From Vicinamibacterales bacterium (lineage in GTDB: Bacteria > Acidobacteriota > Vicinamibacteria > Vicinamibacterales > Fen-181), in contig JBHGBL010000011.1 in NCBI GenBank assembly GCA_041947015.1, forward strand, positions 59,915 to 123,914: 64,000 nucleotides of DNA, written 5' to 3'. The notes below the pieces were generated by a model. That model saw only the letters and a program-made list of their open reading frames with translations. It did not search any database and was not told the origin of the DNA. How positions within the stretch are numbered: position 1 is the stretch's first letter; each line of letters opens with the position of its first letter. Shown here in pieces: positions 26,107-35,358 of the stretch. The position numbers and the translations under genes were made by a program.

Positions 26107-28071
26107 ATGCGACTCTCGAACTTGCATGCCGCCGCAGCCGCTGCCATTGCGGCCGCCGCCCTCTCGGCCATCGCCGGCGCGCAGGCGCAGCCGCCCGCGC
26201 CGGGACCCGCCCGGCCGGTCTTCGCCAACGGCCAGGCACAGGTGGTTCCCGCTTTCGAGGACCCCGAGCAGTGGATTAGGCAGACTTTGTGGGTCGAAAC
26301 CGAGTTCGATTCCGACGGTGACGGCCGGCGGGACCGGGTCTTCGTCGGCGTCACCCGCCCGCGCCAGACAGAGACGGAAGGGTTGAAGGTCCCGGTGATC
26401 TACGAATCGTCCCCTTACTTCGCCGGCACCTCGGGCCCTCGCGAGTACCTGTGGGACGTGAGGCAGGAAGTGGGCGCGCCGCCGCCGCCGAGGAAATCCC
26501 AGCCGCCGATCAAGTTCCAGCCAGAGCGGCCGTTCGTCTCGAAGTCCCAGGTCAGCACCTGGGTGCCGCGCGGCTTCGCCGTTGTCCACTCGGATGCGCC
26601 CGGTACCGGACTATCCGAGGGGTGCGTCACGGTGGGCGGCCCGCCAGAGGCGCTTGCGCCGAAGGCCGTCATCGACTGGCTGAACGGGCGTGCGAAGGGG
26701 TTCACCACGATCGACGGGACGGAACAGGTGTCTGCGACGGCCTGGTCCACAGGGAAGGTCGGAATGACGGGGACCTCTTACAACGGCACGATCCCGGTTG
26801 CGGCGGCAACGACGGGAGTCGAGGGACTCGAGGCGATCATCCCGATCGCGCCGAACACGTCCTACTACCATTACTACAGGAGCAACGGGCTCGTACGCCA
26901 CCCGGGAGGATGGCTCGGGGAGGACATCGACTTCCTCTACGACTTCGTCAACAGCGGTGATCCCGCCCGTCGCGAGGCGTGCAACCAGCGCTACCGCGAC
27001 GGCGAATTCGCCAGGGGACGCGATCGCGCCAGCGGCGACTACAACGACTTCTGGGAGTCGCGCGACCTGTTGCGGAAGGCGAAGCGAATCAAAGCCGCTG
27101 TTCTGATGGCGCACGCTTTCAACGATTGGAACGTGGTGCCCGAGCACAGCGTTCGCTTCGTGCAGGCGCTCAAAGGGAGGGTCCCGCTCCAGGTCTATTA
27201 CCACCAGGGCGGGCACGGCGGGGCCCCTCCTCTCGAGATGATGAACAAGTGGTTCACGCGATACCTTTACGGGGTCCCGAACGGCGTAGAGCGCGAGCCG
27301 AGGGCGTGGATCGTTCGTGAAGTGGCGCCGGAGCAGGCTCCCGCAGCAGCGGCTGCTTCCGCCTCCGGGACGCCCCCTCCGTCGACTGCGGCGGGCGGTC
27401 GCGGCCGGGCGCCCCAGCCTCCGCCGACGCCGTACGCCGACTATCCCAATCCCGGGGCCTCGATGGTGGTGCTGCGGCCGCGGAGTGGGGGCAGATCGCG
27501 AGGAGACCTTGCTTTCGAACCGGCGCGGATGCAAGGCACTGAGAGGCTCGTCGACAACGTGGAGATGAGCGGCGCCGACCTCGCGAAGGTCGAGCAGTCG
27601 CCGCACCGGTTGCTTTACGCGACGCCCGAGCTGACGCAGCCCGTCCACATCTCGGGGACCCCGCGCGTCACGCTCAGACTGGCGTCGAGCAAGCCCGCGG
27701 CCAATCTCTCCGTCTGGCTCGTGGTGCTGCCGTGGACCGACGGCCCGATCGGCCCGGCGAACCTGATCACGCGCGGCTGGGCCGATCCCCAGAACCACGC
27801 TGCCCTGAAGAAGGGCGGCGATTACCACTCGAAGGACCGCGGTCAGCCGCTCGAGCCCGGCCGGTTCTACACGCTCACGTTCGACCTGCAGCCGGACGAT
27901 CAGATCGTGCCGGCCGGCCGCCGCATCGCGCTGATGATTTTCTCGAGCGACCGCGACTTCACCCTTTGGCCCAGACCCGGCACCGAGCTCACAATCGATC
28001 TGGACAAGACGACGCTCCGGTTGCCGGTGGTGGGCGGGCTGCCCCACTTCAGGAAAGCGGTGGGAGGTTAA
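26107..28071 (+). CDS. S15 family Xaa-Pro dipeptidyl-peptidase (CocE/NonD-type hydrolase), secreted
   Basis: Signal MRLSNLHAAAAAAIAAAALSAIAGAQA. Nucleophile motif GMTGTSYNG. The C-terminal beta-sandwich region is present. Confidence 0.85.
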   Translation: MRLSNLHAAAAAAIAAAALSAIAGAQAQPPAPGPARPVFANGQAQVVPAFEDPEQWIRQTLWVETEFDSDGDGRRDRVFVGVTRPRQTETEGLKVPVIYESSPYFAGTSGPREYLWDVRQEVGAPPPPRKSQPPIKFQPERPFVSKSQVSTWVPRGFAVVHSDAPGTGLSEGCVTVGGPPEALAPKAVIDWLNGRAKGFTTIDGTEQVSATAWSTGKVGMTGTSYNGTIPVAAATTGVEGLEAIIPIAPNTSYYHYYRSNGLVRHPGGWLGEDIDFLYDFVNSGDPARREACNQRYRDGEFARGRDRASGDYNDFWESRDLLRKAKRIKAAVLMAHAFNDWNVVPEHSVRFVQALKGRVPLQVYYHQGGHGGAPPLEMMNKWFTRYLYGVPNGVEREPRAWIVREVAPEQAPAAAAASASGTPPPSTAAGGRGRAPQPPPTPYADYPNPGASMVVLRPRSGGRSRGDLAFEPARMQGTERLVDNVEMSGADLAKVEQSPHRLLYATPELTQPVHISGTPRVTLRLASSKPAANLSVWLVVLPWTDGPIGPANLITRGWADPQNHAALKKGGDYHSKDRGQPLEPGRFYTLTFDLQPDDQIVPAGRRIALMIFSSDRDFTLWPRPGTELTIDLDKTTLRLPVVGGLPHFRKAVGG

Positions 28072-28445
28072 GGCTTCTTCCGCTCGCCGCAGGGCCGGGC
28101 AACCCACCGGAGTGATTGCGCCGGACGCGCGCTTACGAGTTCAGGGCTACTGTGCCAGAAGCGTGAGCCGCGCCCTGTCATGGCCTGCCTGCGTTCCGGA
28201 CGCTTCCTTCAACGTTCTTCCCGCAAGTTCGCGCCGCTGCGCGATCTGGGCAGGCTGCGGCGGCGCGCCCGTTGGCATCGCCCTTGTCCCGGCGTCGCAC
28301 GGCGGGCCGCGCGCCGTGCCAAGTATCCGTGCGTCATGATGGACCCGTCACCGAGCCGCCCCGCCGGCAGTTGCCGCTGCCCTGCTGGGAGTGGTGTCGA
28401 TTTCGCTGATCCTGGTGGCCGTTGCGGGGACGCACGTCCGACCCC

Positions 28446-28683
28446 ATGAGCACGATCGAGAACTTGAGCCGGTGGGGGAGCATGAGAGCGGCGCGGCGGA
28501 TGTCGCGCTCGGTTCCATTCGTGGGTGCGCTCATGGCGTTCGGGGCTGTCGCCTCGTCCATCCGGAGCAAGGGGCACCCTCGACGCGGCGCTGACGGCAA
28601 TCCCTGTCGTGGGCGGCGCGAAGACCGTTTACGAGGTGGTGCGGGGCCGCGACATCATCGCCGATCGGCCCCACGCCACTTGA
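28446..28683 (+). pseudogene. Small ORF split by a 1-nt frame break at a G4 run
   Basis: Third-position GC is high in frame 0 for 28446-28574 (MSTIENLSRW...FVGALMAFGAVASSIRSKG). It then switches to frame 1 for 28576-28680 (TLDAALTAIPVVGGAKTVYEVVRGRDIIADRPHAT). The break is at GGGG 28571-28574. Confidence 0.35.
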
Positions 28684-28750
28684 TGCTCACCGGATGACGT
28701 ACTTGACAGTCGGCTTCCGCCGATGGTCGACCATGCGTCTTTCTCGATTA

Positions 28751-31700
28751 CTACCTGACGCCCCCGGAGCCGCCTGAAGATGTCGTTGCCGGTGGCGCGT
28801 TCCTTCCGGCGTCCAGGTCGTTCCAGTGCAGGATGGCATTGAACGCGAGGAAGAAGCTCCCGTGGGTCTCGTAGCGCCAGAACGGACGTACCCCGAACAG
28901 CACAAGGTGGCCCTTGCCGAGCGGAACGTCAACTAGCGCGGGCCGCCCTGCCAGGTTCTCGCCTCCGACGAGCGCGCCGGACAGGAGCAGGTCGTTCGGG
29001 TCGTTGGGGTAGGTGAGGAGCACGCGCGGGCGTGTGGCCAGCGGAGCTTCGAAGCCGCCCCTGCCGGCGCCTCCGCCTGCACCGCGGCCGGCACCCGCGC
29101 CGCGAGCTCCGGCCGCTGGCGGCGGGCCCTCCAACGTTGTCAGTCGCGAAGGCGTTGCCATCGGCTGGAGGTTGGGCTGCACTCCAGGCGGCAGTCCGCC
29201 CCGCCCGCCGCCCCGCCCGCCACCCGCCGCCGCAGCGAGCGCCAGCACGGGGCCGTTCCTGTACATGACGCCCAATGCCTTCTGGTCGTACCCGTAGAGG
29301 ATGGGGCTGGTGCGGTCTGCAAGAAGCGCTTTCAGGATCGAACCGGGTGCCCACAGGACTTCCGGTTGTTCGACCGTTATCCCTGGTACGAGCCGGTAGT
29401 CAGGGAAGATTGTGGCAGGCGTGCCCTCGGCGATCAGCGCGCCTCCCTGCCGTACGAACTCTTCGAGGGCGCTCATGCCGTCGCGGCCCAGGCTCCCGCG
29501 GCGATCTTCGGTCGTGTCTGGCGCGGTCCCGATGTTCGGCGTGAGTTCGGTCTTCTTGTAGGGCAGAGGCGTACCGGTCGCCGGGATCTCTCCACCGTCG
29601 ATCTGCACCGGCCCGTTCGGGTAGACGATCACGTCGAACTTCGCCCGCAGGTTGCCGCGCCTGACGATGTTGTCTGCGAAGTAGGTGTAGGGGATCCTCA
29701 GGTTGTCGAACGCCATCCGCACCCATCCTTCGTCCTGCGTGCTCGACCAGGAATGGATGTATCCGACGCGCGGGACGTCGAGTTCGTGCATCGGGACGTT
29801 CGGGACGGTGTCGGTAGCCCACGCCGCGAGGCCGAGTTCGCGAATCTGGGGTTCGAGCGCAGCGCGGTCGGCGTTCTGGATTATGAAGGCGCCGGGCGCG
29901 AAGCGGTGTCCCGCCAGGTCGAACGCCTGCTCTGCGGCGGACATCTTCACGGCGGCGTTGGCGAACCTGAACGTGGCCAGCGTGTTGTCGGTCGTGTGAT
30001 CGATGACGAGCGTCCGGCCGGTGCCTTCTATGGTTCCGACAGCCTCGAAGTCGGCCGCAGCGAGCGCCATCGGCTTGTCGAAGATGTCCTTGTCGTCTAT
30101 CGGGTGGACCTGCAGGTTGCGAAGCAGGGTCAACGACCATCCCGTGTCGTCGTACGGTCTCGGGTTCTGCTCGGGGAACCACTGCACACCGAGCATCATG
30201 TTCACGAAGCCGCCATAAGGCTGATCGAGCCGGATGATGTAATCGCCGGCCGCCACCTTGATGCCTCCGACCTCGAAGGCGGACGTGGCGGTGTGGACTT
30301 CGACCCCGTCGCGGCGGAAGTAGTTCATCAGGTCGGCGGCGTCGGCGCGCCTGCGCTGGCGAGCGGGAACCACGTAGGCATGAGGTGCCCGGGTCTTACC
30401 CTTCTCGATCATCATCTTGTTCTTGACGTAATAGTTCTCGAGGAAGAGCTCGTGGTTCTTGGCGACCGTGTTCAGCGCGATGAGCAGCGCCGACTGCTGC
30501 ATGTTGATGTTCGCCCGGCCGCTCCACTGCACGCCTTCGGGCGGCACGGGGTACGGGCGGTACCACTCGCGGCTCTGGCCGCCGGCGACCGTCCTCCCAG
30601 CAGCCGCGGGAGCGGTGCCGGCTCCCGCTGCCCGGCCAGCTGCCGCTGCCGCGGGAGGCGTTCCCGGTGCGCCCGCGCGCCCACCGCCCCCGTAGCTTTG
30701 AGTTTCGTAGAACCTTCCGATCGCGTTGTGGGTCACCGCGATCCACAGCAGGAAGTTAGGCGCCCAGCCGTCCCAGTAGTTGTAGGTGTAGACGCCAGGC
30801 ACGCCGCGCTTGGTCATCTCCATCAATTCGGTCTGCGACAACAGCCACCACTCGGAGGCGAGCACCGGCGGGATGTCCACGTTGTACGGGCCGGTTCCGG
30901 CCGAGGTGTAGAGCAGCGTCACGGATTCGTGCAGGTCGTGCAGCACCTGCGGGCGAAGGTCCAGGAACAGCTTCAGCATGTTGTGGGTGAGCGCAAGGCC
31001 CTTGCCGATCGTGTCCCTGTTGTTGTCGTGCGCGACGTACTTGCCCCAATAGGTCATCCCGGGTTGCGGCTGGCCCGCGTCGGCCGCGCGCCGGTTGTCG
31101 ACGTAGCGCTCATGGCCGTCGACTTCGGCGACCGGCGTGATGACGACTATCGAGTTGTTGCGGATCTGCTGGATGAACGGCGTCTCCTCCACGGCCAGCC
31201 GGAAAGCGAGCTCGACGAGCATCTCGGGGCTGCCGGCCTCGCTCGAGTGGAGGCTCCCGCTCACCATGTAGATCGGCTTCCCTGTCTGAATCAGCTGCCG
31301 GGCCTGGACCTCGGTGAGCTTTCGGGGATCGGTAAGCTGATACGTGATCGCCTTGTACTTGTCGAGCGACTCGATGGTCGCTTCGCTTGCGACGGCCAGC
31401 GCCACCATCGGGCGGCCTTCTTCGGTCTTCCCGATCTCCCACATCTTGACGCGCTCCGACGCCTTGTCGAGGGCCTGATAGTAGGCGACGATGTCCTTGT
31501 GGTAGGTGACCTGGCTGTTCTCGCCCGGAACATACCCGAAGAACTTCAGGGGAGACGGCACCGTCGGCGACGCCGGCATGTGATCGACGAGCTCTGTGAG
31601 GATGCGCTTGTCGGGCGTGGCGTCCAGGATGCGCTTCGTGTAATCCCGGTCGATCTGCTGAGACCGCGCGCTCGCCATCTTGCCGGAGGTCTGCTGCGCC

Positions 31701-31780
31701 TGCGCGCTCGACACGAACGTGAGCGCAACGAAGACGACCGACACTCCACCCGCGACCGCCCGCAACGCATTCCTGTCCAT
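28751..31780 (-). CDS. Large secreted M14-family zinc carboxypeptidase-like protein (paralog 2)
   Basis: ATG 31780 with SD GGGGAGG. Signal MDRNALRAVAGGVSVVFVALTFVSSAQA. GSLHSSEAGSPEMLVELAFRL. It is colinear with 16547-19489. Confidence 0.85.
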   Translation of the reverse strand: MDRNALRAVAGGVSVVFVALTFVSSAQAQQTSGKMASARSQQIDRDYTKRILDATPDKRILTELVDHMPASPTVPSPLKFFGYVPGENSQVTYHKDIVAYYQALDKASERVKMWEIGKTEEGRPMVALAVASEATIESLDKYKAITYQLTDPRKLTEVQARQLIQTGKPIYMVSGSLHSSEAGSPEMLVELAFRLAVEETPFIQQIRNNSIVVITPVAEVDGHERYVDNRRAADAGQPQPGMTYWGKYVAHDNNRDTIGKGLALTHNMLKLFLDLRPQVLHDLHESVTLLYTSAGTGPYNVDIPPVLASEWWLLSQTELMEMTKRGVPGVYTYNYWDGWAPNFLLWIAVTHNAIGRFYETQSYGGGGRAGAPGTPPAAAAAGRAAGAGTAPAAAGRTVAGGQSREWYRPYPVPPEGVQWSGRANINMQQSALLIALNTVAKNHELFLENYYVKNKMMIEKGKTRAPHAYVVPARQRRRADAADLMNYFRRDGVEVHTATSAFEVGGIKVAAGDYIIRLDQPYGGFVNMMLGVQWFPEQNPRPYDDTGWSLTLLRNLQVHPIDDKDIFDKPMALAAADFEAVGTIEGTGRTLVIDHTTDNTLATFRFANAAVKMSAAEQAFDLAGHRFAPGAFIIQNADRAALEPQIRELGLAAWATDTVPNVPMHELDVPRVGYIHSWSSTQDEGWVRMAFDNLRIPYTYFADNIVRRGNLRAKFDVIVYPNGPVQIDGGEIPATGTPLPYKKTELTPNIGTAPDTTEDRRGSLGRDGMSALEEFVRQGGALIAEGTPATIFPDYRLVPGITVEQPEVLWAPGSILKALLADRTSPILYGYDQKALGVMYRNGPVLALAAAAGGGRGGGRGGLPPGVQPNLQPMATPSRLTTLEGPPPAAGARGAGAGRGAGGGAGRGGFEAPLATRPRVLLTYPNDPNDLLLSGALVGGENLAGRPALVDVPLGKGHLVLFGVRPFWRYETHGSFFLAFNAILHWNDLDAGRNAPPATTSSGGSGGVR

Positions 31781-32148
31781 GATGCCTCCCCGCTTGTGGC
31801 GCTCAGTCTCTACGCGGATCGTGTGGGTGTCAAGCGGGCAGGGACCGTATCTGTCAGGACCGAGGTGCGAGGCTGAGAGCTGGCGCCCGGCGCCGCCTCT
31901 CGACGCGTCCGGAACTAGCCGTTGCAAGGAGGATCCGAAACCTGCCGGGCGATCCGTTCGACGCATACGACGCCGCCGCGCGCGCAGACGTCGCCGGAGG
32001 CGAAGGCAGACCAGACATCGAGGCGCGATGTCAGAGCGCCGGCCGGCAAGACAGCGGCCGCCACCTGCACATGGCGATTCCCCTGAGAGAAGGCTGCCGG
32101 GGAGGCCATAGAATAGGCACAATCACCGGTAGACACGGGGGTTGCGGC

Positions 32149-33174
32149 GTGCAAACGACCTTTCCTGCCGGCAAGCTGCCGGCTGCCTGCCTCGAAGAGA
32201 TCCTCCAGGCACTGAGGGGCGATGATCCGCGACTGCTCGTCGGGCCGCGTCCCGGCGAGGACGCGGCCGTACTCGACGTGGGAGGAGGCAGGTGCCTCGT
32301 CGTGACTACCGATCCTGTGACGTTCGCTACGGAAAAGATCGGGTCCTACGTCGTGCACATCAACGCGAACGACGTGGCAGTGATGGGGGCCATGCCGCAG
32401 TGGTTCTTCCTGGTCCTGCTGCTTCCGGCCGGGCGGGCGGACGAAGTGCTGCTGGACCGGATCACGAGGGATGTCCGTTCCGCCTGCGACGCCCTGGGCG
32501 TTGTCGTATGTGGCGGCCACACGGAGATCACATCTGGCATCGACCGGCCCGTTGCCATCGGCCAGATGATGGGCGAGGTCGAGCGTGACCGGCTGATACG
32601 CAAGGAGTCCCTGCGGCCCGGTGACCTGGTCGTCCTGACGCAGGCGGCAGGTATCGAGGGGACGGCCATACTGGCGCATGAGAAGCGCACCGAACTGGCC
32701 GTCTCTGTCTCGACTTCGGTGCTCGATCGAGCTGCCCGTTACCTCGAAGATCCCGGCATAAGCATCGTCCGCCCTGCGCTCGCCGCCGCCGCGACCGACA
32801 CGGTCACTGCCATGCACGACCCCACGGAGGGAGGCATTGTCACGGGCCTCCTGGAGCTTGCCGCGGCTTCGGGGCTCGGCATCGCGGTAAACGGGGACGA
32901 GATTACGGTGCGACCCGAAACCGAAGCCATCTGCCAGGCGCTCGGCGTCGATCCTCTGCGCCTGATCGCATCCGGCGCTCTTCTCATCGGCACGCCACCC
33001 GAGAGCGCGCCGCGAATCGTGAGGGCGCTCCGAGGGATCGGGGTGCCAGCAAGGGTCGTCGCAGAAATGCGGCCGGAGGAAGAAGGGATGGTCATCACCC
33101 GGCGCGGCCGTGCGACCCATCTCGAACTTCCTGCCCGCGACGAGATAGCGAGGATCTTCGAAGGAACGACTTAG
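32149..33174 (+). CDS. AIR synthase-related (PurM/HypE-like) protein
   Basis: GKLPAACLEEIL...GPRPGEDAAVLD...TTDPVTF...NDVAVMGA...VCGGHTE pattern. Start uncertain (GTG 32149, or 32071 from the track). Confidence 0.8.
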   Translation: MQTTFPAGKLPAACLEEILQALRGDDPRLLVGPRPGEDAAVLDVGGGRCLVVTTDPVTFATEKIGSYVVHINANDVAVMGAMPQWFFLVLLLPAGRADEVLLDRITRDVRSACDALGVVVCGGHTEITSGIDRPVAIGQMMGEVERDRLIRKESLRPGDLVVLTQAAGIEGTAILAHEKRTELAVSVSTSVLDRAARYLEDPGISIVRPALAAAATDTVTAMHDPTEGGIVTGLLELAAASGLGIAVNGDEITVRPETEAICQALGVDPLRLIASGALLIGTPPESAPRIVRALRGIGVPARVVAEMRPEEEGMVITRRGRATHLELPARDEIARIFEGTT

Positions 33175-33353
33175 GGTCCGCAGGGCGCAAGTTGCCGAGT
33201 CTGTTGTCGCCGGACCGGGCCGTGAGGCTGCGCGGAAGGCCGAGGCTGAAGGCTGGTCGCCGCAAGCTGCAGGCTGATGACTCAGCCTGGTGGCTGAAAG
33301 CGGAGAGCTCTTGTAGTAGAGTGCCTTTGGTTTGGCCCTGCTGGAGGCAAGCG

Positions 33354-35201
33354 ATGAGGCTGCAGTTTTTCCTGATACTTGGATTCGTCGCGGTCGTGGG
33401 CATCGTGGTGGACGCTCAGCGCACCGTGAAGCCGGTGCTCCACGGACGCCACTGGGTCGCCATAACCGGCAAGCCGCTCGGCGCCACAGCCGGCGCGATG
33501 ATCTTCTCGAAAGGTGGAAACGCCGTTGATGCCACCTGCGCGATGCTCGGGGCGGTCTCGACGATGTGGGACACGCTTGGCTGGGGCGGCGAAACGCAGG
33601 CGCTCATCTACAACCCCAGGACGAAGAAGGTAATCGGCATCAATGCGCTCGGCGTCGCGCCGACCGGCGCCACCCCCGAGTTCTACAAGAAACAGGGGAT
33701 GGACTATCCGCCCGAGTACGGGCCGCTCGCGGCTGTCACGCCGGGTACGCCCGGCGGCCTCATGGTAATGCTGGCCGAGTACGGGACCATGAGCCTGAAG
33801 GACGTTCTCGCACCGTCTATACAGATGGCCGATGGCTACCCGATGGAGGCGGCGGCCGCAAGCACAATCGAACGGCAGAAGGCGGAGATAAAGAAGTGGC
33901 CGCCGTCGGTGAAGGTGTTCTTGCCCCATCTGGGACAGGAACGAGAGGCGCCGGAGCCCGGAGAGGTGTTCAAGCAGCCGGACCTAGCGGCAACTTTGCG
34001 CAAGCTCGTCGAAGCGGAGCAGCAAGCGCTGGCGGCGGGCAAGAGCCGCAAAGAGGCAATCTACGCAGCCTACGATCGCTTCTACAAGGGCGACATCGCC
34101 CGCGACTTCGTTGCCGGCTCGCAGGCTCTCGGGGGCCAGCACACCGTCGAGGACCTCGCGACGTGGAAGGTGAAGATCGAAGAGCCCGTGATGACCAGCT
34201 ACAAGGGCATCGACGTCTACAAGCTCACCACGTGGACACAGGGCCCAGCGATGCTCCAGGCGCTCAACATGCTCGAGGGGATGGACCTGAAGGGCATGGG
34301 CTACAACAGCGCGAAGTACATCCACACGCTCTACCAGGTGATGAACCTCGCCTTCGCCGACCGCGACTTCTACTACGGGGACCCGGACTTCCCTCCCGAG
34401 GAGCCGATCGAGGGCCTTTTGTCGAAAGAGTACGCGCAGGCTCGCGTGAAGGGGATCGATTGGGAGAAGAACGATCCCGATGCGAAGCCCGGCGACCCGT
34501 ACCCGTACCAGGGAGGCACGAACCCGTTCAAGAACTACCTCGAGCGGTGGACAAATCTCCCCGTTGGTCCCCGTCAGAACAACCAGGACATAATCCGCTC
34601 ATTCGAGGAGGGCTTCAAGGCTGGAACGACTTCCATCCAGGCAGCGGACGAAGAGGGCTGGGTGGTCTCGGTGACGCCGAGCGGAGGATGGATTCCCGCT
34701 GTCATCGCGGGGTCTACCGGGATCGGCATGAGCCAGCGCATGCAGAGCTTCGTGCTGGACGCGGCCGACGGGCCCTATAACGTCCTCGAGCCGCGAAAGC
34801 GCCCGCGGGTCACGCTGACGCCGACGCTGGCAATGAAAGACGGCCGGCCATTCCTCTCCTTCAGCGTCCAGGGCGGCGACACGCAGGATCAGAACCTCCT
34901 CCAGATGTTCCTCAACATCGTCGAGTTCGGGATGAACGTGCAGCAGGCGGCAGAGGCGGCCAACATCAACTCGTACCAGATGCGGAGCTCATTCGACCTT
35001 CACAGGACCGAGCCGGGGCGCCTGACGCTCGCGCAGTCGACGCCGGAGGACGTTCGCAACGCGCTTGCGAAGATGGGCTACAAGCTCGACTACGCCCGCC
35101 TGACGTCCGGGCCGCTCAACGCAATCTTCCTCGACTGGGCGCATGGGACTATGTGGGGCGGATCGAGCAACCACGGGGAGGATTACGGAATCGCCTGGTA
35201 G
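33354..35201 (+). CDS. ggt: Gamma-glutamyltransferase family protein, exported
   Basis: Signal-anchor MRLQFFLILGFVAVVGIVV. Autoprocessing Thr context KAGTTSIQAADEEGWVVSVTPSGG. SD GGAGG. Confidence 0.9.
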   Translation: MRLQFFLILGFVAVVGIVVDAQRTVKPVLHGRHWVAITGKPLGATAGAMIFSKGGNAVDATCAMLGAVSTMWDTLGWGGETQALIYNPRTKKVIGINALGVAPTGATPEFYKKQGMDYPPEYGPLAAVTPGTPGGLMVMLAEYGTMSLKDVLAPSIQMADGYPMEAAAASTIERQKAEIKKWPPSVKVFLPHLGQEREAPEPGEVFKQPDLAATLRKLVEAEQQALAAGKSRKEAIYAAYDRFYKGDIARDFVAGSQALGGQHTVEDLATWKVKIEEPVMTSYKGIDVYKLTTWTQGPAMLQALNMLEGMDLKGMGYNSAKYIHTLYQVMNLAFADRDFYYGDPDFPPEEPIEGLLSKEYAQARVKGIDWEKNDPDAKPGDPYPYQGGTNPFKNYLERWTNLPVGPRQNNQDIIRSFEEGFKAGTTSIQAADEEGWVVSVTPSGGWIPAVIAGSTGIGMSQRMQSFVLDAADGPYNVLEPRKRPRVTLTPTLAMKDGRPFLSFSVQGGDTQDQNLLQMFLNIVEFGMNVQQAAEAANINSYQMRSSFDLHRTEPGRLTLAQSTPEDVRNALAKMGYKLDYARLTSGPLNAIFLDWAHGTMWGGSSNHGEDYGIAW

Positions 35202-35310
35202 GTATCGGAGAGGATCGAGAGGGCTGAGAGCACGAGGACCCGGAGGCCGTGGCGCGATGCGGCTGAAGCCATGACAGAGTCCTTGGCGGGGGCATAACCG
35301 AAAGCCGCTC

Positions 35311-35352
35311 GCTGCCCGCTGATCGCTGAAAGCTGTTCGCTGATCGCTGCTA
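35311..35352 (+). repeat. Six GCTG motifs at an exact 7-nt period upstream of ATG 35359
   Basis: GCTG at 35311, 35318, 35325, 35332, 35339 and 35346 (units GCTGCCC, GCTGATC, GCTGAAA, GCTGTTC, GCTGATC, GCTGCTA). There is no obvious SD between the array and the ATG. Confidence 0.6.
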
Positions 35353-35358
35353 ACCACT

